Position numbers and translations under genes: made by a program. The notes beneath the pieces are model-generated. The model was not told the origin of the DNA, did not search any database, and saw only the letters and a program-made list of their open reading frames with translations. This document shows positions 56,944-64,000 of a DNA stretch of 64,000 bases, piece by piece (position 1 is the stretch's first letter; each line of letters starts with the position of its first letter). The stretch is from Candidatus Latescibacterota bacterium (GTDB lineage: Bacteria; Latescibacterota; UBA2968; UBA8231): NCBI GenBank assembly GCA_965203355.1, contig OZ241889.1, forward strand, positions 1,760,001 to 1,824,000, in the 5' to 3' direction.

Positions 56944-57022
56944 CTTAGTGTTAAGTAAAGTGGGAACTGATAGGCGCAGTCCTAATTCCATTTATCCAAT
57001 CCGTAACACAGGAGGATTTATT

Positions 57023-57256
57023 ATGGAAAAGCTGCACAAACCCCAGCCCGCCTATGAGCCTAACAAGGTTCAGGCATACAATAATGAAAGGGGCCGTTGG
57101 ACGGATACTGGAGACGATATCCTCGATCTTCCCAATGGCTGCCGGAAATACATTCCGATGGAAATGTGTACGATCGTTTGGAACCCTAACAAAAACTGTG
57201 CTTCTATCGGAACGAAACGAGCGGATCCCGGAAGGGCCACTCGCACGGAATGCTAG
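57023..57256 (+). CDS. 77-aa four-Cys peptide, putative RiPP-like precursor
   Basis: Strong RBS AGGAGG; first gene after the sigma54 promoter; Cys40/49/59/77; followed by stem-loops. Confidence 0.75.
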   Translation: MEKLHKPQPAYEPNKVQAYNNERGRWTDTGDDILDLPNGCRKYIPMEMCTIVWNPNKNCASIGTKRADPGRATRTEC

Positions 57257-57276
57257 TACTGCCGAGGACGCGACTC

Positions 57277-57383
57277 TTTCGTTGCTAAGAGGTTTTGACC
57301 TCTTGAGTTGGCGAAAGCCCTATTTTGTTCCCACGTTTGACCCAATGAGTAGCAATTCGGCGTATACCGAATTGCTACTCATT
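57277..57383 (+). terminator. Two stem-loops after the precursor gene
   Basis: Hairpin 57277-57316 (core AAGAGGT-tttg-ACCTCTT); perfect 17-bp stem AATGAGTAGCAATTCGG-cgtata-CCGAATTGCTACTCATT at 57344-57383. Confidence 0.7.
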
Positions 57384-57427
57384 AGCGTTCTGACCATTTT
57401 GCATTGCTTGTGAAATTGGGGTCATAC

Positions 57428-58705
57428 ATGCAGCGATTTTTTAGTTTTCCTCTGAGTGGGCTAATAGCCGGTCTCGTGCTCATCGGCGAGGCCGGAAGTC
57501 AAGAGAACGTTTTATTTTGGCCAGCCAATCTGAAACACATTCCCAAACGATCCGTAGTCCAAGATGACCGTCGCCTGCACCTAAGGCTCGAAAAGGTTAT
57601 CCGCTTAAAGTTGGATGAACATACACCTGTCCTAGATAGTGTACTCAAAGGACAGTGGGCTCTAGGGGATAGTACCTTCTTTTTTATTTCCGGTGCGCTC
57701 TATGAATTCGACCAGACTGGTACCTATGTCCGTACCATCGGGCGGCGAGGTAAGGGACCTGGCGAATACCAAAATCCCACTCATGTCTCCGTAGATGCCG
57801 AGGGCCGTATTTACGTGGTAGCAGACCCCTTTCTCCTCCATGTATATGATAGAACAGGTCGTCATCTACATACTTATAAGGATCAGGCGGTCCGTCGTCT
57901 TTTCTTTGATACACAGGGAAACTTGGTGCAGTTGATAGAAGATTGGTTTGAAGCGCCGTCCGCTTGGAAAGATCGGTTCGCTCGGTTTATACCCGGGGTG
58001 AGGCATTCGCCTATATTTGTGGGGTTGACCAAGAGGAATCGGCAGGGGAAGCCTTTGTATCGGCTGGCTATCTCTACAGATGAGACCGTGGATGTCTTGT
58101 CCTATATGTTATCAAGGATTAGTCTCTGTTACAGTGAAACCAAGGATCGACTCTACTACGTGGAGCCGTGGGACTATAAAATCAAGGTGATTGATGCCCA
58201 TCGTGGACAGATCGTCGAACAATTTGGCCCCGAGCCGGAGTACTATCACAGCATGAGACGGGAAGTTGACTTTCCCATTTACGAGCCCCGTGATTCCGAC
58301 GAACTCTATGAGGCTAAGTTTAATGCATCGTTTACAGAGGAATTGCACCTGCTGGACGAGAAATATGTTCTGTATGTGTATCGCCCAGGCAAATCTGCCC
58401 TTGAGGGAGTTTTCGGGACGAAAAGGAAAGAGGTACGTGGGGGGGTTTGTCTGGCCTATGATATTAGCTCTGGAGACACCATCCGAGTTTTCCAGATGAT
58501 GAAGGAATCTCTTGACGACTGGCGATTGTATCATCCTGATTCCGAAGAAAGAGGGGGAATAAATACGGGTGGAACCAGAAGAGGAAGCTCTCCTACGAAT
58601 GTGATTGCTAGAGGGGAGTACTTGTACATTTATAAACCACCTCCAGAAAACATAATGGAGACTTCGAATGGCCGCGTCGAGGTTTTTACTGTCTCTGTTG
58701 AATGA
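57428..58705 (+). CDS. Exported 6-bladed beta-propeller (NHL-like) protein
   Basis: Signal-like N-terminus; FDQTGTYVRTIGRRGKGPGEYQNP motif; YDRTGRHL. Confidence 0.8.
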   Translation: MQRFFSFPLSGLIAGLVLIGEAGSQENVLFWPANLKHIPKRSVVQDDRRLHLRLEKVIRLKLDEHTPVLDSVLKGQWALGDSTFFFISGALYEFDQTGTYVRTIGRRGKGPGEYQNPTHVSVDAEGRIYVVADPFLLHVYDRTGRHLHTYKDQAVRRLFFDTQGNLVQLIEDWFEAPSAWKDRFARFIPGVRHSPIFVGLTKRNRQGKPLYRLAISTDETVDVLSYMLSRISLCYSETKDRLYYVEPWDYKIKVIDAHRGQIVEQFGPEPEYYHSMRREVDFPIYEPRDSDELYEAKFNASFTEELHLLDEKYVLYVYRPGKSALEGVFGTKRKEVRGGVCLAYDISSGDTIRVFQMMKESLDDWRLYHPDSEERGGINTGGTRRGSSPTNVIARGEYLYIYKPPPENIMETSNGRVEVFTVSVE

Positions 58706-58811
58706 GAAATATTCATACGAGTATAGTATGTTCACGAGAAGGGGCGAAGCACACAGCTTTCAAGTCGTGTAGGATTGCTATATAACTAAACTGTAACGAT
58801 AGAGTAACAAG

Positions 58812-59537
58812 ATGAAAGATTTTATAAAGATAAGTTCCCTAGTCGCCAATCTTTTGCTAGTGATCTTGCTGGGAATTTCTTTTGCTTGGATATATAAAGC
58901 AGAATATAGATTGTCCCACAGTTCGGGTCAATTGGCGACAGAACGCACTAGATTATATGAAGAATTTATAATTGCAACCATGATGGCAGACCGTCTTTTG
59001 GGATTGCCATTCCCTCGACTTGCTCTGGTCGATGTCTATAACAAGAATATATCAACTGATTTCTCACAAAAAGAGGGTGCCTTAATTCTCGTATTCGATC
59101 CTCAAACCTGTCAACCTTGCTTAATAGCTCAACTCAAGTTGTTGAATCATGTTTACAAACAACTTAAAAATCCAGATACATTTCCAGTCATTGCAATTGC
59201 CCCTCGCTATCACTCTCAGTTGATAAAACGATATGCTTTGAAATACGAATTGCAATATACAATAATAGCTGATAAAAAAGATCAAATCTTCAATGATAAC
59301 AATGAAGTACTTTACAAAGCAACTCCTGCCGTATATTTAGTTAATCAGAACAACACTATAATACGAAGCCATATTCCCGTATTTAGGAAACCTTATATTT
59401 CTGTTCTATTTTTTTATGAGGTACAAAATCTAATACCTCTTTCGGAGCCTATTTTTTCCTATATAGAACCTTTATTACTTATTGATGTTGTGAAAGGTGA
59501 TTTTGATCTTGAACCTATCGAGTACTTCCTCTATTGA
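58812..59537 (+). CDS. Membrane-anchored thioredoxin-fold/redoxin protein
   Basis: N-terminal TM; FP...L.D; CQPC (CxxC); cis-Pro motif TPAVYLVN. Confidence 0.75.
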   Translation: MKDFIKISSLVANLLLVILLGISFAWIYKAEYRLSHSSGQLATERTRLYEEFIIATMMADRLLGLPFPRLALVDVYNKNISTDFSQKEGALILVFDPQTCQPCLIAQLKLLNHVYKQLKNPDTFPVIAIAPRYHSQLIKRYALKYELQYTIIADKKDQIFNDNNEVLYKATPAVYLVNQNNTIIRSHIPVFRKPYISVLFFYEVQNLIPLSEPIFSYIEPLLLIDVVKGDFDLEPIEYFLY

Positions 59538-59550
59538 TTTAGAGTCTCTA

Positions 59551-61293
59551 ATGATCTATATAAACAAAAAAACAGCGAGTCGTTTTTTAGCTTTTATCAG
59601 ACCTTATTGGTTTCTACAAAGTGTAGCCTTTATTCTTGCTATATTAAGTACGGCTAGTTTATTAGTCTCTCCTTATATAACAAAGATCATAATAGATGAA
59701 GTACTTCCCAATAGAGACTTATTTTTTCTCAATATAATGCTGGTCATCCTTGTGGGCAGTATTCTCTTTCAATTGGTCATCTCATTTTTTGGCGAATATA
59801 TTTATGCTTGGATTAGTAATAATATCACTTTGGACATGCAGCAGACTCTTTTTCGTCATATGCTGAATTTCTCTTTAACCTTTTATAATCAAAATAAGAA
59901 AGGAGATATTATATATAGGATCGAAGAAGATATAGAAAATATTCAAGATTTTCTTATTACGGGTATAGTCAGGTTTATACATGATGTATTGAAAATAACA
60001 TTTATCATAATCATGCTTTGCTGGCTAAGTTTTGAGTTTTTTTTATGTTCAATCAGTATTATTCCTTTATACATCATTAGTTTGATTTATTTTAGACCGA
60101 AAATAAAAAATATTACAGAGCGTGTCCGTGAAAAACAATCTGATATATTTTCCTTTTTAGTAGAGAGATTCCACAATATTCAACTAATTCAGACGTATAA
60201 CACATACACATACGAGAGTAAAAAATTACGCAAAAATCAGACTGAATTGGTAAACCTGAGTATGAAAAGCACTGTCTATTCCGCTGCAGCGAGTACCGTT
60301 GTGAATAGCATTGTGGGTTTAACGCCAGTGTTTTTCTTAGGCTGGGGCGGTTATCAAATCATAGAAGGAAATCTAACCCTGGGAACTCTAATCGCCTTCA
60401 TGCAATACCTGTCGTTTCTATTTTCTCCAATTAATGACCTAAACAGTCTTTATTTTCAAGCTGTACGAGCATCGGTGTCCATGAATCACTTGATGGAATT
60501 TCTGGAACTGCCTACTCAGCTCAATCTAAATGGTATTGGTGCCGGCTCTGCTTCTTTCTCTTTTGAACGGAAAATAGTGTTTAACGGTATCCATTTTTCC
60601 TACGATGGAGAATCAGTTTTACAAGACTTGAATATGGAACTTATAAAAGGAAAAAAATATGCTATAGTAGGTGCTAGTGGTTGTGGCAAGACTACTCTGG
60701 TCTATCTTTTATGTAGGTTCTATCAGCCTAGTAGGGGAGCTATCTTTATAGATGACACGAACCTTGAAAATATAAATCTTTTTGATATGAGAAAACACGT
60801 TGGATTGGTGACACAAAATAATCAAGTCTTCAACGATACAGTATGGGACAATATACAATATGGAAACATAGAAAGCACTCTCAGCGAAGTTGAGATAGCA
60901 GCTAAGACACTGGATTTGGATAATTATACAGATCGAGATAATCCTGTATTCACCAGATATATTGGTGAGCAAGGAGCACAATTATCTGGTGGTCAAAGAC
61001 AGCGAGTTGCTATTGCTCGAGCTGTACTAAAGGATATAGAAATTATGATCCTGGATGAAGCAACTTCGGCATTAGATTCCAAAGGTGAGCAGATAATTTT
61101 TGCCAAACTAAAAAAGCTGTATAAAGATAAAACCATAATCCTAATTAGCCACCGACTAGCCACGGTCCAAAATGCGGATGAAATCATTTGCTTAGAAAAA
61201 GGAAGAATTGTAGAACAGGGAAACCATGGCGATCTTCTGCGAAAAAAGAGATATTATTGGCAACTCTTTAAAGATCAACTGGAGGAACGTTGA
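59551..61293 (+). CDS. ABC exporter (fused TMD + ATPase), no C39 peptidase domain
   Basis: Six TM segments; GASGCGKTT; LSGGQRQR; ILDEATSALD; ISHRL; very low GC. Confidence 0.93.
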   Translation: MIYINKKTASRFLAFIRPYWFLQSVAFILAILSTASLLVSPYITKIIIDEVLPNRDLFFLNIMLVILVGSILFQLVISFFGEYIYAWISNNITLDMQQTLFRHMLNFSLTFYNQNKKGDIIYRIEEDIENIQDFLITGIVRFIHDVLKITFIIIMLCWLSFEFFLCSISIIPLYIISLIYFRPKIKNITERVREKQSDIFSFLVERFHNIQLIQTYNTYTYESKKLRKNQTELVNLSMKSTVYSAAASTVVNSIVGLTPVFFLGWGGYQIIEGNLTLGTLIAFMQYLSFLFSPINDLNSLYFQAVRASVSMNHLMEFLELPTQLNLNGIGAGSASFSFERKIVFNGIHFSYDGESVLQDLNMELIKGKKYAIVGASGCGKTTLVYLLCRFYQPSRGAIFIDDTNLENINLFDMRKHVGLVTQNNQVFNDTVWDNIQYGNIESTLSEVEIAAKTLDLDNYTDRDNPVFTRYIGEQGAQLSGGQRQRVAIARAVLKDIEIMILDEATSALDSKGEQIIFAKLKKLYKDKTIILISHRLATVQNADEIICLEKGRIVEQGNHGDLLRKKRYYWQLFKDQLEER

Positions 61294-61296
61294 GGG

Positions 61297-61436
61297 CGAA
61301 TATTCTGCACACCCGACCAAGGCCAAGGTCGCCCCTCATTGATGGCGTACCGCTTGCGGATATTCAACTGCGTGAAGTGAGAGCGCCCATCGGCTTGGTC
61401 TCTCAGCAAGTGCATCTGTTCGGGCCCTGGAGTTGA
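61297..61436 (+). pseudogene. Frameshifted fragment of a second ABC-exporter ATPase (Q-loop region)
   Basis: 61338-61436 reads IDGVPLADIQLREVRAPIGLVSQQVHLF; upstream in another frame RIFCTPDQGQ resembles RFYxPxxG. Confidence 0.65.
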
Positions 61437-61440
61437 CCGT

Positions 61441-61908
61441 ATGAAGCAACGGCTGTTTATCACCGGCCTTGTGCTCTGGGCCGGGGTGCTGGCGGGAAGC
61501 GTGTACGCCCTCTGGTCTTATGCAGATCGCTTGCTGTCCGGTGTGCCGCTGGGCGGCTTTGAAGATGCGGCTGTTCACCGACTCAATCCGCTGGAGGCTA
61601 AGCGGAGTTTCGACCGTGGCGCGGCCGTTTTTGTCGATGTGCGATCGGCTTTTGCTTACGAGGCCGGGCACATCCTCGGTGCCTTGCACCTACCTTCCCA
61701 TGTTTCTACGGCTCACTTACGCGAAGTGCTGGCGTCTTATCCGGCGGATATCCGAGTTATCACCTACTGTTCGGGCGGCGGTTGCCAGAGCAGTCGTACG
61801 CTGGCGAAGCGACTCGTCGAAGAGTCCGTCCGCGATGAAGTCTATGTCCTGACCGGCGGCTGGCCCGCTTGGCAAGCGGCCGGGGTGGGCGAGGAGGCTG
61901 GCTCGTGA
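61441..61908 (+). CDS. Membrane-anchored rhodanese-like protein
   Basis: N-terminal TM; FVDVRS..Y..GHILGA; YCSGGGC; LTGGWPAW. Confidence 0.85.
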   Translation: MKQRLFITGLVLWAGVLAGSVYALWSYADRLLSGVPLGGFEDAAVHRLNPLEAKRSFDRGAAVFVDVRSAFAYEAGHILGALHLPSHVSTAHLREVLASYPADIRVITYCSGGGCQSSRTLAKRLVEESVRDEVYVLTGGWPAWQAAGVGEEAGS

Positions 61909-63851
61909 GCTTTCCTTTTGCGGACCAGACCGGCCGTGGCGTCAAGGTCGCAGTAGTCGATAGCGGCATCGTCCCCGATCACCCCAAGGTAGGGCCCGTG
62001 GCTGGCGGGGTTGGGCTTGCTATGGGGCCAGACGGCACCATCCGCTATAGCGACGACCACGTTGATGGCGCCGGGCATGGCACGGCCTGCGCTGGCATCA
62101 TTCGCCGCAAAGCACCGGAGGCCGAGCTATACAGTGTGCGCATCTTCGACGAGTCGCTCCAAGCCGATAGCCGCTTGCTGATTGCGGCCATTGAATGGGC
62201 CTTGGCTCAAGGCATGGACCTTATCAACCTGAGCTTGGGCACGACGGAGGTGACATACCGCGACGCTTTGGAACGGATGTGTCGGCAGGCTGCTGACCAA
62301 GGCGTCCTGTTGATAGCTGCCGAGCATGAAGAAGGCCGGGAGAGCTATCCAGCCCATTTGCCCCCAGTCATTGGCGTGGGCGCGGGCAAAGTGCGAGGTC
62401 TCTATGCGTATCACTATCGCCGAGGGGAGACCATTGAGTGTATTGCTCGGGGTGACTCCCAACGCCTATGCTGGCTGGAGCCGCCTGAGATTATGACGGC
62501 TGGCACCAGCTTTGCCGCGCCTCACCTGACCGGCTTAGTCGCTCTAATCCGCGAGGCGCATCCCAAGGCCGACTTGGAATCAGTGCGTCAACTCCTGCAC
62601 CTTCACGCCCCTCCTACTGCTCGCTCCGTGCCCAAATCCATTGTCCCATCCGAGGCCGAGGAGTCATTCGCTTGGATCCAGAAAGCCGCGCTCTATCCCT
62701 ACAACAAGGAAATGCACGCCCTAATGCGCGGGCGCGATCTGCTCGGCTTTGAGATCGTTGGCATCGGTGATCCCATCGGCAAGGGCCTGACCGGCCAAGA
62801 CGCCGGTCAGGCCCTTGGCCTACCCCCGGTGGGCTTTCAAGTTGCGCCGCGATTGGCTGTGGCCCTGCAAGGGGCTGATACCCTCATTTTGGGATATGTA
62901 GATGAACTGGGTCGCATCCGCAAAAAGGACGTTTTGCGCGAAGCCGTGCAACTGGCACTGGATCAAGGCGTTCACGTCTTCAGCCTGCTGGCCCTGCCCC
63001 GCGAGGGCTACGCCGATTTGTACGAACAGGCCGCGGCCAAGGGCCTGCGCCTGTACTATCCGGCGTTGTCGGCCAAAGACGCGCAGCAGACCCTCGCCTC
63101 GGCCGGGGAGTATCCCCAAGTGGATGTGCCAGTTGTGGCGGTCTTGGGTACCAGTTCACAGCAGGGCAAGTTCACGCTGCAACTGGCCTTGCGTCGCCGC
63201 CTGCTGGAACGGGGCTACCGAGTCGGACAACTCGGCACCGAGCACCACGCCGCGCTGTTCGGCATGGACTGCGCTTTCCCGATGGGCTACGCCGCATCCA
63301 TCGAGATGCCCCTGGATTATTACGCTCCCTACTTAGACGCCAAGATGCGCCAAATCAATCAACGCAAGTGCCCGCATATAATCTTGGTCGGCAGCCAATC
63401 GGGCACCGTGCCGTACAACGTAAGCGAACCCACAACCCACACTCTGTCCACCGTCGCCTTCCTAATGGGGGTCAAGCCAGACGCCTGCCTACTGGTGGTC
63501 AACAGTATAGATACCGACGACTACATTCAGGACACCATAGACGGCATCCGAGCGATGTGCCACGCACCGACCCTGCTGTTGGCCATGAGCGATAAGGAAA
63601 AGCACGTGCGGGAGGCGTATGGGCGCACCGCTATAAAACCCCGACCCATGCGCACAGAAGACCGCCGCCGCAAGTTGCGCCACTTGGAACAGACGTTTAA
63701 GCGGCCGGCCCTATCCATCGCCTCCCAAGCCGATGTCCACAAGGCTGTCGAGGTGGTGATTGACTATTTCGCCGAGAACGAGAATAAGGTACTTGGTAAC
63801 GAAGGGGTCTCAGGTGTGAAACACCCTCGCGCCAGGGCGGTGGCTGGATAG
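61905..63851 (+). CDS. S8 subtilisin-like peptidase fused to a DUF1611 (DgcN-like P-loop) domain
   Basis: GTGA overlap; triad VVDSG, GHGTACAG, GTSFAAPH; C-terminal VAVLGTSSQQGKFT P-loop and VGSQSG; no signal peptide. Confidence 0.8.
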   Translation: MSFPFADQTGRGVKVAVVDSGIVPDHPKVGPVAGGVGLAMGPDGTIRYSDDHVDGAGHGTACAGIIRRKAPEAELYSVRIFDESLQADSRLLIAAIEWALAQGMDLINLSLGTTEVTYRDALERMCRQAADQGVLLIAAEHEEGRESYPAHLPPVIGVGAGKVRGLYAYHYRRGETIECIARGDSQRLCWLEPPEIMTAGTSFAAPHLTGLVALIREAHPKADLESVRQLLHLHAPPTARSVPKSIVPSEAEESFAWIQKAALYPYNKEMHALMRGRDLLGFEIVGIGDPIGKGLTGQDAGQALGLPPVGFQVAPRLAVALQGADTLILGYVDELGRIRKKDVLREAVQLALDQGVHVFSLLALPREGYADLYEQAAAKGLRLYYPALSAKDAQQTLASAGEYPQVDVPVVAVLGTSSQQGKFTLQLALRRRLLERGYRVGQLGTEHHAALFGMDCAFPMGYAASIEMPLDYYAPYLDAKMRQINQRKCPHIILVGSQSGTVPYNVSEPTTHTLSTVAFLMGVKPDACLLVVNSIDTDDYIQDTIDGIRAMCHAPTLLLAMSDKEKHVREAYGRTAIKPRPMRTEDRRRKLRHLEQTFKRPALSIASQADVHKAVEVVIDYFAENENKVLGNEGVSGVKHPRARAVAG

Positions 63852-63913
63852 GGCTTCTGGGCTATTTATCTGGGGAACGGATGATGCCCATTTGGGGTAG
63901 GGCACTGGGCGGG

Positions 63914-63936
63914 ATTCCTGCTTTCGCGGAAATGAC
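63914..63936. repeat. dRS3/REP-like palindromic repeat
   Basis: ATTCCTGCTTTCGCGGAAATGAC, a variant of ATTCCC-N8-GGGAAT also seen at 55512. Confidence 0.6.
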
Positions 63937-64000
63937 GACAGAGAGCGGTAGAAAGTCGCCGAGGAAAACGACTGCTTATCACCAGTGAGGAAAACAGAAT

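Noticed and set aside
57080-57100. NNERG as a type IV prepilin cleavage site
   Set aside because: Not followed by F-x-x-x-E and a hydrophobic helix

Overview
High-GC (roughly 60-65% by eye) chromosomal segment of a diderm bacterium. PorU/PorV-like genes and YPNP-type C-terminal sorting domains suggest an FCB-group relative such as a Latescibacterota-like lineage (inference). 1-12.4 kb is a T9SS-like/outer-membrane locus: PorU C-terminus, PorV, a degenerate M6-type protease, a peptidase-TolB-Omp85 protein and a CTD-bearing metalloprotease. It is interrupted by a Dam-family methylase with a decayed endonuclease remnant and a MITE. 12.5-55.5 kb is mostly housekeeping: panC-folK-folB-purD-era-porV2, lexA, tilS-ftsH-folP-dacA, argR-argB-argD-argH plus two enolase-superfamily paralogs, ligA, cyoE, mobA-larB, parAB, ppdK, a TonB-dependent receptor, ilvBN, two M19 dipeptidases and an acyl-CoA synthetase. 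The most striking part is a partly low-GC island at 55.5-63.9 kb, flanked by dRS3/REP-like repeats. There a sensor-less sigma54 activator faces a complete enhancer/IHF/-24/-12 promoter. That promoter drives a 77-aa four-Cys peptide, followed by a 6-bladed beta-propeller, a CxxC redoxin, an ABC exporter, a rhodanese and a subtilisin-DUF1611 fusion. This is a candidate undescribed RiPP-like/disulfide-peptide maturation system. All calls come from motif reading only; no database searches were run.
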